From: a virus
Taxonomy: Duplodnaviria; Caudoviricetes
Strand: one strand, 5' to 3'
Length of the DNA stretch: 38,232 bases
Virus record (IMG/VR): IMGVR_UViG_3300030376_005856
Location: 1-38,232 of that record
Shown in pieces: positions 6,894 through 14,844 of this stretch. Under the pieces are notes generated by a model. The model made no database searches, had not been told where the DNA came from, and was given only the letters and a program-made list of their open reading frames with translations. Numbering within the stretch: the first letter of the stretch is position 1; each line of letters begins with the position of its first letter. A program made the translations under genes and the position numbers.

Positions 6894-7215
6894 AGATCCA
6901 TTTTTAGATAGTATAATAAAGTCTGTCAAGAATGATAGTGGACACGCTTTTGCGATTGCAAGAGACGAAGATGGTCGATTACATCACTTGGCAGCAGAGA
7001 CCGAAGAGCTGATAGAAAAGTATTGTGAGGGTTCTCTACTAAGAGAAGAACTTGCGATAGAAGAGTGGGCATCTTGGGTTACACCAGCCGTTGTGGCTAA
7101 AGATTTCAAATGGGTGGGCGAGAGTAGGAATCCCTACAGCATCTCCAAACCTATTTATAAGTATGATTCTGAAGGAAACTTCGAAGGCTATAGGGAGTTC
7201 AAAGAAAAGTTCTAG
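6871..7215 (+). CDS. hypothetical protein (start may be TTG at 6886)
   Basis: open frame continuing the operon; GAGGAG precedes the TTG. Confidence 0.65.
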   Translation: MRRKTLSKDPFLDSIIKSVKNDSGHAFAIARDEDGRLHHLAAETEELIEKYCEGSLLREELAIEEWASWVTPAVVAKDFKWVGESRNPYSISKPIYKYDSEGNFEGYREFKEKF

Positions 7216-7419
7216 GACTCCTTCACGCCAAACCGTTTATACCAATATTAACTAGGGGAAATTCCTCCTTAACCCTTATAATTGTACGCAGTCGTATAGG
7301 TAATTTTACATATATAGTCTTAAAAATATCGGCGATTTGGTGAAGTTGTGTAAGTGGGATTTGTTTGAGGAAATCAATTAAGACCGAATAAGGTGTTACG
7401 GTCGTCGTTATTTAGATGG

Positions 7420-7563
7420 TCGTAATAGTTGCAACAAAAATTCTCAACAACAATCTCTCGACTACTTCCGAGATGTCTCTCCTGAGGGAGAGCCACTCCT
7501 CGTGTCTCGAGGATGTTGAGAGTTAGAGAGAATTCGTTGTTTGCGTTGTCAACTACTAGATTT
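7420..7563 (-). ncRNA. candidate structured ncRNA (long stem capped by a multibranch junction)
   Basis: nested inverted repeats; minus-strand promoter TTGTAA-17-TAAAAT (7570-7598) points into it. Confidence 0.5.
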
Positions 7564-7763
7564 ATATATATTTTATCACACTTTTTAACATATTACAAGT
7601 ATCATTTTTGCGTAGGTGGATGACGGAAGGACCTGTATGGTGCAGAGAAAACAAAAATAAAGTGCATTTATGACTAGTTCAAAATAAAATTGTTTGCTCC
7701 AGAAGTGCTTCACCAACGCAGGTATGGTATCTGCTTGGTCTCGAGAGTATTATTGTGGGTATT

Positions 7764-7919
7764 TTACCAGTGTCGAATTACATTGGCAATAATAAAAATG
7801 CAAGTTATCAGGTTAAAAAGCACTACAGAAGTGCGAAAAAGAGCAACGGTATCAGCATCTCTTTGTGTACCAATTTTTGCTCCTAAGCTTTTTGCCCATA
7901 AAGTCCAAAGTCTTTTCAT
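7764..7919 (-). CDS. 51-aa membrane protein (not in ORF track)
   Basis: MKRLWTLWAKSLGAKIG...IIANVIRHW; ATGA coupling. Confidence 0.65.
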   Translation of the reverse strand: MKRLWTLWAKSLGAKIGTQRDADTVALFRTSVVLFNLITCIFIIANVIRHW

Positions 7920-8089
7920 AGTTTTTTGAGTTCTCTTGTTACAATTTTTTCTAAACTTTTTTCATCTGGCATTGAGTCGCCATAGAGTTCTCGACATTGC
8001 ATCTCGAACTCTTCTTTTGCAAAGATACGTTCCCAGTTTTCTGAGAACTTCTTATGATTTGTAGGTCTTTGCTTACTCCCCTTGCTCAT
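7916..8089 (-). CDS. 57-aa hypothetical protein (not in ORF track)
   Basis: MSKGSKQRPTNHKKFSENWERIF, an N-terminus common in small phage proteins. Confidence 0.65.
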   Translation of the reverse strand: MSKGSKQRPTNHKKFSENWERIFAKEEFEMQCRELYGDSMPDEKSLEKIVTRELKKL

Positions 8090-8171
8090 AGTTTATAAAG
8101 TCTTCCCATGAGAAGAAATCTTTTCTGATGTGACACCAGAACTTTCCTTTGTATGCGTTGTGTGTTTCCAT
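8073..8171 (-). CDS. 32-aa hypothetical peptide (not in ORF track)
   Basis: METHNAYKGKFWCHIRKDFFSWEDFINYEQGE; fills the operon gap. Confidence 0.5.
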   Translation of the reverse strand: METHNAYKGKFWCHIRKDFFSWEDFINYEQGE

Positions 8172-8203
8172 TTTGTGTTTCTCTATTATATCCTTAATTG
8201 TTT

Positions 8204-8422
8204 TCATCGTAGCCATCGTGGTTCAGGCTGAAGTCCAGCCTTTCTTTGCTTTTGTTTACAGCGAATGGTTCCAGCTGCTTTCTTCTTACGAAGTTTATCA
8301 GACTTCTTCGTGTAGTATTGACGTTCACGAACTTCTTGCATCTTTCCTGTCGCATCCACTTTTCGTTTCCAGCGACGCAAGGCTTGGTCAAAACGACCTT
8401 TATCTACACGAACAGAAGTCAA
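8204..8422 (-). CDS. rpsU: 30S ribosomal protein bS21
   Basis: V...FDQALRRWKRK....G...EVRERQYY.K.S..R.K matches the bS21 signature; GAGG SD. Confidence 0.88.
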   Translation of the reverse strand: MTSVRVDKGRFDQALRRWKRKVDATGKMQEVRERQYYTKKSDKLRKKKAAGTIRCKQKQRKAGLQPEPRWLR

Positions 8423-8691
8423 TTTAAATGTGCCTCGTCTTGTTTAGTGATATTCTGCATTAACCTTCCCAAGTCATTTGCGATACCCAGTTGGTTATCG
8501 AGTGTAACTTGCATAAACTTTACAACCCATGCCATATCGAACATGAATTGATTATTCTGTGTGTCGATTCCTCTTCGTTCGAATTCTTCTATGAGAAGCA
8601 TGGATAGTTCTTCGTTTATCTCTTTACTTCTTTTCATAGTTGTATAGTACTCGCCCGTAAACTCAACAACATTGTCTTTCATTGGTTTCAT
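8419..8691 (-). CDS. hypothetical protein
   Basis: GGAG SD; coupled to rpsU. Confidence 0.7.
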   Translation of the reverse strand: MKPMKDNVVEFTGEYYTTMKRSKEINEELSMLLIEEFERRGIDTQNNQFMFDMAWVVKFMQVTLDNQLGIANDLGRLMQNITKQDEAHLN

Positions 8692-8693
8692 AA

Positions 8694-8888
8694 TTATCTC
8701 CGAGTAGAGTCAAAACTCCACCCCTTTTTGCGTAATCGCGCAACTCTTCCTCGTATCGCCTCTTCAGTTCTATTTAGCATTACTGATATTTCTCTCACAG
8801 ACTTGTTACCATAATATTCTTTAAGATGGTAGTCCTCTTCCTGTGTCCAACGAGGGTTTTTGATTTCATATTTAGTTTTTCCATTCAC
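8694..8888 (-). CDS. Myb/SANT-like HTH DNA-binding protein
   Basis: WTQEED..L....SVREIS..LNRTEEAIRGRVARLR. Confidence 0.75.
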   Translation of the reverse strand: MNGKTKYEIKNPRWTQEEDYHLKEYYGNKSVREISVMLNRTEEAIRGRVARLRKKGWSFDSTRR

Positions 8889-8894
8889 AGTTAT

Positions 8895-8923
8895 ATTTTA
8901 TCAAAATCAGGAAAAGAAGTCAA
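8895..8923 (-). promoter_or_regulatory. sigma70 promoter of the HTH-rpsU operon
   Basis: minus strand TTGACT-17-TAAAAT. Confidence 0.75.
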
Positions 8924-8954
8924 GAACTTTTTTCGATTATGTGGAAAATATTTC

Positions 8955-8983
8955 TTGACTTTGGTAGTATAATTTGCTACAAT
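8955..8983 (+). promoter_or_regulatory. sigma70 promoter, divergent from the one above
   Basis: TTGACT-17-TACAAT. Confidence 0.75.
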
Positions 8984-9003
8984 ATATGTTCAGGAGAAAA
9001 ATT

Positions 9004-9150
9004 ATGAACGAATATGAACTTATAACTTATCTGCTTATCTTATCAGGAGTTTCTTATACTTCTTTTAAAGTAGGCGTGTCCGAAGGAATTCAAGATGCAA
9101 TTTATTATTTTGAAGAAAAAGGTGTAATACACTTTACAGAAGAGGAGTAA
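9004..9150 (+). CDS. 48-aa membrane peptide (not in ORF track)
   Basis: AGGAG SD; N-terminal hydrophobic helix. Confidence 0.65.
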   Translation: MNEYELITYLLILSGVSYTSFKVGVSEGIQDAIYYFEEKGVIHFTEEE

Positions 9151-9161
9151 AAAAATTGTTC

Positions 9162-9190
9162 TTGACTTTCGGTCAAGTTTTTAGTATAAT
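9162..9190 (+). promoter_or_regulatory. sigma70 promoter upstream of the hsp20 leader
   Basis: TTGACT-17-TATAAT. Confidence 0.85.
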
Positions 9191-9375
9191 ATAAGAATGA
9201 AAAGTTCAGTTTATAACTGAGCTGTTCGAGTACTACGTCAGTAGGGGGCGGGATAGAAAGTATACTCACTTCTTTGCAATGAAGATGAAAATTAGTCAGT
9301 ATACGGGATTTTCATTAACCGAGATGCCGAAAGGGTCTCACAGAGTTGTCCGAAAGGAGACTAAGGAGAAAAATT

Positions 9376-9798
9376 ATGGTAGTTAGAACATTACCTACAA
9401 TACACGACCTTAACAGGTCATGGATTGGAGCAGATCGTTTTTTCGAAAGGTTCGCTTCAATGCCTACATACGAAGATAATTCGTATCCACGTTTCAATGT
9501 AACAAAAGACGGAGGAGACTATCAAATAGAGATAGCACTTGCGGGTTACAAGAAAGAGAATATAACTATCGAAAAGATAGATGGTAAGCTTGAGATTCGT
9601 GGAGAAAAGAATCTGAAAGATGTGGCAGACGAGTCATATCTGCATAGAGGAATAACAAGAAAAGCCTTCAAAAGAGCTTTTACTATATCAGATGATGTAG
9701 TAGTTGATAAAGCTGAGTTTGTAGATGGCATACTAACTGTTGACCTTCATGTAGAGATACCAGAAGAAAAAAGACCAAAAATAATAGATATCGTTTAA
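9376..9798 (+). CDS. hsp20: small heat-shock protein (Hsp20/IbpA family)
   Basis: YPRFNV, IEIALAG, YLHRGI..RAF, A.FVDGIL, P..I.I C-terminal motif; AAGGAG SD. Confidence 0.95.
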   Translation: MVVRTLPTIHDLNRSWIGADRFFERFASMPTYEDNSYPRFNVTKDGGDYQIEIALAGYKKENITIEKIDGKLEIRGEKNLKDVADESYLHRGITRKAFKRAFTISDDVVVDKAEFVDGILTVDLHVEIPEEKRPKIIDIV

Positions 9799-9840
9799 CG
9801 GAGGCGTACAGGACGCCTAGATTACACAGGAGAAAGTAAA

Positions 9841-9978
9841 GTGTTGCATAGAATCGCAAGTGGTGGTTCTTTGGAAACGTTGAGACATCTCAGACGCAAG
9901 TTAGTAAATGTGTTGTATATTCTACCAGCAATTATTGGAGTATACGGATTTTTTGCTTTCATGCTTTGGGCAAGTTAA
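9841..9978 (+). CDS. 45-aa membrane peptide (not in ORF track)
   Basis: AGGAG SD; GTG start; C-terminal TM. Confidence 0.55.
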   Translation: MLHRIASGGSLETLRHLRRKLVNVLYILPAIIGVYGFFAFMLWAS

Positions 9979-10007
9979 GATAAACTAGGTCTTTTAGAGT
10001 TATATTT

Positions 10008-10307
10008 ATGATAACAATAACAGAATTAGCAAAGAATAAAATCACAGAGAGGCTGGGGAAAGACTTCCTCCGCCTCTCTCTTTCTGGTGGGGGCTGCAAT
10101 GGCTTCCAATACCTGTGGGATATAGCTGACTTCGCTAATCCCGATGACCATGTAATAGACGATGTTATAGTCATAGACACACACAGTATGGGGTTTCTTC
10201 AAGGGTCTATCATAGACTGGAAGGAAACATTAGTAGAGACAGGGTTTGAAGTACACAACCCTAATGTAATAAGTGCCTGTGGGTGTGGCATTTCAATGGG
10301 ATTTTAA
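10008..10307 (+). CDS. iscA: A-type Fe-S cluster carrier (IscA/SufA/ErpA, HesB family)
   Basis: GGGCNGFQY and NPN...CGCG.S motifs. Confidence 0.93.
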   Translation: MITITELAKNKITERLGKDFLRLSLSGGGCNGFQYLWDIADFANPDDHVIDDVIVIDTHSMGFLQGSIIDWKETLVETGFEVHNPNVISACGCGISMGF

Positions 10308-10733
10308 ATGAAACCAAGTAATCAATGTATAGAGTTAGTAAAACACTTCGAAGGGTTCGAAAGTGTAGCGTATCTATGCCCAGCTAACGTATGGACAATA
10401 GGGTATGGTCGCACAAGAAATGTAAAAGAGGGCGATGTAGTCACAGAGCTACAAGCAGAAAGAGATTTATTAGAAGAATTAGTTGAGTTCGGAGAACAAG
10501 TACTGAGTGTAGTTGACGTAGAACTTGAGCAACGTGAGTTTGATGCATTGACATCATGGACTTACAATTTAGGAGTTGGAAACTTACAGAGTAGTACACT
10601 CCTCAAAAAATTAAACGCAGGTGATAAGAATTCCGTTCCATCAGAAATGTTAAGGTGGAACAAAGCTTCTGGTAGAGTCTTAGAAGGACTTACGAGAAGA
10701 AGACAGGCAGAGGCAGACTTGTGGACAGGCTAA
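10308..10733 (+). CDS. endolysin, GH24 phage lysozyme
   Basis: FEG....Y.CPA.VWTIGYG, GLTRRRQAE. Confidence 0.93.
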   Translation: MKPSNQCIELVKHFEGFESVAYLCPANVWTIGYGRTRNVKEGDVVTELQAERDLLEELVEFGEQVLSVVDVELEQREFDALTSWTYNLGVGNLQSSTLLKKLNAGDKNSVPSEMLRWNKASGRVLEGLTRRRQAEADLWTG

Positions 10734-10960
10734 GAGCTAAGTTCAAAGAATTTTGGCTATGGATTATATCCAAGCTGTTTCCAAGATACACTCTCAAGGT
10801 TAGCTACAATAGCACTTGGGGAGATCAAGACGATCAAGAGTTTATAGTAAAGAAGTTTCTCAAACGACAAGAAAAGTATCTAAAGTTCGTAACACACGAA
10901 GGAGATTTAGTCGAAATACGAGGAGCAGATGGACTAAATTATAGGATAGAACAATTATGA
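10721..10960 (+). CDS. hypothetical protein in the lysis cassette
   Basis: overlaps both flanking genes; GAGG SD. Confidence 0.65.
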   Translation: MDRLRAKFKEFWLWIISKLFPRYTLKVSYNSTWGDQDDQEFIVKKFLKRQEKYLKFVTHEGDLVEIRGADGLNYRIEQL

Positions 10961-11352
10961 ACCAATTTTTAATAGGGCTAATCTTAGTACTTGGACTTGG
11001 GTGTTGGTGGTTGTATGGAGAAAATAAAGTACTCTCAGCTAACAACCTCGCACTTGAAGGTGCGATAGCATCACAAAAAGAAGCTATAGAAAGTTTACAG
11101 CAAGACTTCTCGTTACAGACAGAAGCCTTGAAAGAACAAACTAAAGTAAGTCAAGCAGCTCAAAGAGAATTAAATAGATACTCACAGTTTATAGCAAACT
11201 ATGAGTTATCAGCAAAGATACTGGAAGATCCAGTAAAAATGGAAAGGAAAATAAACAATGGAACAAAGCACGTATTCGAAGAAATCGAAAAACTTAGCGA
11301 CACTGTTGACAATCTCGATGATGGTCTCCAGTTGCAGCATGCTAGGAACTAA
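10957..11352 (+). CDS. putative i-spanin (Rz-like)
   Basis: N-terminal TM plus coiled coil, downstream of the endolysin. Confidence 0.65.
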   Translation: MNQFLIGLILVLGLGCWWLYGENKVLSANNLALEGAIASQKEAIESLQQDFSLQTEALKEQTKVSQAAQRELNRYSQFIANYELSAKILEDPVKMERKINNGTKHVFEEIEKLSDTVDNLDDGLQLQHARN

Positions 11353-11647
11353 ACAGATTGAAGTTCAAGCCAAACCGCTAGACCGCACAATCGTACAACC
11401 AGTTATGCCTAGAGAGTTAGATCTCAAGGAACCTAAATGGTTTGCTGTAACAGACAAAAACATAGAAACATTCCTTACAGATATAAAAGAACAAGAAGGT
11501 GAAGTAATCTTTCTTGCAATGTCTATCCCTGACTATGAAGTAATGGCATACAATATGCAAGAGCTAAAACGCTACATTACAGAAATGAAAGATGTGGTAG
11601 TATACTACCGAAAGGTAACCATGCCACCAAAAAAGGAGAGTAAATGA
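11258..11647 (+). CDS. putative o-spanin lipoprotein (Rz1-like)
   Basis: lipobox-like VSSC; Pro-rich; overlaps the 3' end of the i-spanin. Confidence 0.65.
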   Translation: MEQSTYSKKSKNLATLLTISMMVSSCSMLGTKQIEVQAKPLDRTIVQPVMPRELDLKEPKWFAVTDKNIETFLTDIKEQEGEVIFLAMSIPDYEVMAYNMQELKRYITEMKDVVVYYRKVTMPPKKESK

Positions 11648-11823
11648 AACAAGCATATGAAATCAAACTAACAGTTGAAGTAGATGTGGAAAAGCATGGG
11701 CATCCTCGCGAGTGGGTAAAAGAATACGTAAAGGGAGATAAGATTGCTACGTTCTACGGGGTAGATATAACACCAATAGATAAAGAAGACCCAATGCATA
11801 AATGGGTTAAGGACTTCAAATGA
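11644..11823 (+). CDS. 59-aa hypothetical protein (not in ORF track)
   Basis: AGGAG SD; MKQAYEIKLTVEVDV... Confidence 0.6.
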   Translation: MKQAYEIKLTVEVDVEKHGHPREWVKEYVKGDKIATFYGVDITPIDKEDPMHKWVKDFK

Positions 11824-11984
11824 CAAAAAAGACTCAAGTAATCAGAAATAATCTGATGATGGGGATTGCAGAACTCGAGCGTCAACTCGAAGTCTGCAAA
11901 AATGTAAATGAAATCGCTAGACTAGAGCTAGAGGTTAAGGAGTTGCAAATGCAGCTCGATGGAGAAATAGATGGATTGGATTAA
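11820..11984 (+). CDS. 54-aa coiled-coil protein (not in ORF track)
   Basis: ATGA coupling; AAGGA SD. Confidence 0.55.
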   Translation: MTKKTQVIRNNLMMGIAELERQLEVCKNVNEIARLELEVKELQMQLDGEIDGLD

Positions 11985-12132
11985 AGACAGAGTGTCTGAG
12001 AGAACCTCTTGGGATGGTGCAGTAATAGTCGTAGCATGCGGCTTAGTACTTCTCACAGGAGGTTTAGCAAAGTGGTTAGCCGCAGCAGGACTTGTATATG
12101 GACTGTGGACTTGCTACAAAGCTGAAAAATAG
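11971..12132 (+). CDS. 53-aa two-TM membrane protein, holin candidate (not in ORF track)
   Basis: MDWIKDRVSERTSWDG followed by two hydrophobic helices; GGAG SD. Confidence 0.6.
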   Translation: MDWIKDRVSERTSWDGAVIVVACGLVLLTGGLAKWLAAAGLVYGLWTCYKAEK

Positions 12133-12143
12133 GGGGCTGAACA

Positions 12144-12524
12144 ATGGCAATGAACCCCGGGCAGTTCTCAGGAGATATGGACAGAAACGAGGTCGAAATT
12201 GATCTTAATAAGTTCATGGCACTCCTCCAAGAAAAGTCAGAACTCAAGGACAGGATAAGGGAGTTAGAAGATTCAAAGAATAATAACCCGTGGCAGAAAG
12301 GTATCTTTCTTGCACAAATGGTAGATAGCTGGAGGATATTCCCTCGAGCATTTCTAAGTATTTATATGTTTCTTTTATATTTCGCAACGTTCTGGTTCAT
12401 GGATTTACCTGACCCTAGCTTGGAACAATCAGGACTAATATCCGTATTAGTCGGAGCAGGAGCAGCATGGTTTGGATTATATGCTGGCACTCACAAGGCT
12501 CCAACAGCAGGACAAAAAGACTAA
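12144..12524 (+). CDS. membrane protein, holin candidate
   Basis: coiled coil, then DSWRIFPR and two TM helices. Confidence 0.6.
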   Translation: MAMNPGQFSGDMDRNEVEIDLNKFMALLQEKSELKDRIRELEDSKNNNPWQKGIFLAQMVDSWRIFPRAFLSIYMFLLYFATFWFMDLPDPSLEQSGLISVLVGAGAAWFGLYAGTHKAPTAGQKD

Positions 12525-12606
12525 ATCCTTCAGCTACGCTACGCGCAGAGTATGAAGGAGGTGATCAAGTCTACAGAATACACTCTGTTCTGCTGAAGCA
12601 CAACTG

Positions 12607-12635
12607 ACAACACCCATGAACTTGGGTGTTGTTTC
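12607..12635 (+). terminator. terminator-like hairpin
   Basis: ACAACACCCA...TGGGTGTTGT followed by a short T run. Confidence 0.55.
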
Positions 12636-12657
12636 CTACCTTCCCTCAAAATATTTC

Positions 12658-12686
12658 TTGACTTATAAACTTATTTTTAGTATAAT
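12658..12686 (+). promoter_or_regulatory. sigma70 promoter (predicted leaderless transcript)
   Basis: TTGACT-17-TATAAT-6-ATG. Confidence 0.85.
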
Positions 12687-12692
12687 AGCACT

Positions 12693-13265
12693 ATGAATAT
12701 TTTTATCTTAGACAACGACATTGACAAGTGTGCCGAGTACCATGTAGACAAACATATTGTAAAGATGCCCTTAGAGGCAGCACAAATGCTATGTACTACA
12801 CACTGGATCGACCACTATCTAGGATATAAACCACGAAAACTGGAGAAAAATGAATTACAATTATTACGAGAGGTCAAAACTAAAGACCCCCGCTATGTAC
12901 CTTATCTCCCTACTATGCATAACCACCCCTGCACAATATGGGCAAGGGAGTCCCTCGACAACTACGAGTGGCTATACTGCTATGCACTCGCTCTCAACGA
13001 CGAGTATGGGTATAGATATGGAAAGACCCACAAGTCTGTGCAAGAGGTGGTACTTAGGTTACCCGACCTTAAACACCTACCACGACTTGGACTTACACCC
13101 TTTGCAATGGCAATGCCAGACGATCTTAAGTCCGATGACGCGATACAGTCTTATCGCGACTTCTACCACTTTGACAAGGCAACATTTGCCAGTTGGAAAG
13201 GACGAGACAAGCCTGAATGGTGGGATGAGGAGTTAGCAGATTATGAGAATCGTATTACAAGATAA
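12693..13265 (+). CDS. pyrimidine-dimer DNA glycosylase/DenV-related protein
   Basis: MNIF.LD...A.YH.DKH.VKM.LE.AQML, H.NHPC..W, YR.FY motifs. Confidence 0.75.
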   Translation: MNIFILDNDIDKCAEYHVDKHIVKMPLEAAQMLCTTHWIDHYLGYKPRKLEKNELQLLREVKTKDPRYVPYLPTMHNHPCTIWARESLDNYEWLYCYALALNDEYGYRYGKTHKSVQEVVLRLPDLKHLPRLGLTPFAMAMPDDLKSDDAIQSYRDFYHFDKATFASWKGRDKPEWWDEELADYENRITR

Positions 13266-13362
13266 ACCAAGAATAACAGTATGTTTTCCACCCACTTTCA
13301 CTAAAGAAGATAGAGACAAGTGGTTAGAAAACTATAAAGAAGGAAGGAGAAAATTACATTAA
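13243..13362 (+). CDS. 39-aa hypothetical peptide (not in ORF track)
   Basis: GAGGAG SD; stop coupled to the mazG start. Confidence 0.5.
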   Translation: MRIVLQDKPRITVCFPPTFTKEDRDKWLENYKEGRRKLH

Positions 13363-13784
13363 TGGAAAAAGCAACATTTGACGATTATGGTAATTTTGTA
13401 CTGAGTACTACTTCTATAGAAAGTTTAGATACAAGAGTATTATCAGACAGGTTACTAGAATTAAGAGAACAATGCACGCAAGCACATAAACCAGTAGAGT
13501 TTTCGCAGTTACTTACTGCATCTATTGGTATGCAAGCTGAATCAGGAGAGTTCTCGGAGATAATCAAAAAGATTATCTTTCAGGGGAAAGAATACACACC
13601 CGATGAAAGGTTCCATCTCAAACGTGAGTTAGGAGATGTCCTTTGGTATTGGGTACAGGGTTGTACAGCACTAGGCTATACACCACAAGAAGTGATGGAA
13701 GAAAACATCAAAAAACTTGAAGCCAGATATCCAAATGGTTTCGAAGTATCAAAATCAGAACATAGACAAGAAGGAGATATATAG
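13362..13784 (+). CDS. mazG: MazG-like NTP pyrophosphohydrolase
   Basis: E.GE..E..KK, ELGDVLWY, N..KL..RYP. Confidence 0.9.
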   Translation: MEKATFDDYGNFVLSTTSIESLDTRVLSDRLLELREQCTQAHKPVEFSQLLTASIGMQAESGEFSEIIKKIIFQGKEYTPDERFHLKRELGDVLWYWVQGCTALGYTPQEVMEENIKKLEARYPNGFEVSKSEHRQEGDI

Positions 13785-13918
13785 TGGAGAAGAGAAAAGT
13801 ACCTGCGCATCATAGACAAGCCTTTGCAGAAGTAGAAGCTTGGCGAGAAGATAAAAAACTATTTGGTGCAGAGATAGCAGAGCAGATAGCTATAGATAAA
13901 GAAAGGAGAGACATATAA
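13784..13918 (+). CDS. 44-aa hypothetical peptide (not in ORF track)
   Basis: GTG start with AGGAG SD; coupled at both ends. Confidence 0.5.
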   Translation: MEKRKVPAHHRQAFAEVEAWREDKKLFGAEIAEQIAIDKERRDI

Positions 13919-14517
13919 TGGCAAACCATGTATATTTCGGAGTCGGTATAAATGGAAATGAGAAATGTTTGAAAGCATTTAAAGATGTTATGAAAACAGA
14001 GAAGTCTCATTTCTATACTGACACAGAAGGAAAGAAACATTATCATGATACAGTTATCGACATAGATAAACTTGGGTTTATGCCTGTCGGAACTTATGAT
14101 GAAGATGACTATTTAGAAAACTCATGGGAGTACTACGTAAACAACGTTGGTGCAAAGTGGTGTCACATAGAAGACCTCGGAGAAGAATACTTCTCAGGGT
14201 ACTCTGCATGGTCACCTCCAGTAGAGTTAATTGAGTATCTAAGCACATACTTGTTTCAGTTTGATTCTGCTCACACAATTAAGATGTCCTATGAAGATGA
14301 GTTCAGAAACTTTATCGGAGTAGCTCATGTCGAAGGCGGTACCTCCTCAGTAGAAGAAATCGAATGGGATGAAATATCCGAGTGGTTAACAACTGAGTTA
14401 GGTATTGAAGAACTTGGAGAAGACTTTGATTGGTCTGAGCCAAGAGAAAAGCTTGGTGATACACCAGCTGATGAGTGGCTAGACTATAAAGTGTGTGATT
14501 GGCAGGAGGAGAATTAA
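13918..14517 (+). CDS. acidic protein, YubB/DUF1281 ferredoxin-like family
   Basis: M.N.V N-terminus, N.G.KW, SAWSPP motifs. Confidence 0.6.
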   Translation: MANHVYFGVGINGNEKCLKAFKDVMKTEKSHFYTDTEGKKHYHDTVIDIDKLGFMPVGTYDEDDYLENSWEYYVNNVGAKWCHIEDLGEEYFSGYSAWSPPVELIEYLSTYLFQFDSAHTIKMSYEDEFRNFIGVAHVEGGTSSVEEIEWDEISEWLTTELGIEELGEDFDWSEPREKLGDTPADEWLDYKVCDWQEEN

Positions 14518-14843
14518 TGTCAGAGGAGAAAATTAAATACAAGTTTAATGAAGACCATATATTGAAGGTATTGAAAGGATATATAGATATAACCTATGAA
14601 CAACACTATGGTCAAGGAAACATTCAAACTACAGAAGTTATTTTTGACTCACAACACGGTGAAGGATTTTGTATAGGAAACATAATGAAGTATGCCCAAA
14701 GATACGGCAAAAAAGAAGGCAGAAACGAAGCAGACCTATACAAGATTATTCACTATGCAGTAATATTGCTCGGTATGTTAGATAAAAAAGAAGAGGCTAA
14801 CTTTATCGAGTACGAGAAACAACTACAAATGGATATGGATTAA
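14517..14843 (+). CDS. DUF3310-family protein (T7 gp1.7-like nucleotide kinase family)
   Basis: HY...GFCIGN..KY..RYGKK...DL.K..HY. Confidence 0.75.
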   Translation: MSEEKIKYKFNEDHILKVLKGYIDITYEQHYGQGNIQTTEVIFDSQHGEGFCIGNIMKYAQRYGKKEGRNEADLYKIIHYAVILLGMLDKKEEANFIEYEKQLQMDMD

Positions 14844-14844
14844 T

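Noticed and set aside
7690-8551. plus-strand ORFs 7690-7929, 8149-8427 and 8246-8551
   Set aside because: Shadows of the coupled minus-strand rpsU operon
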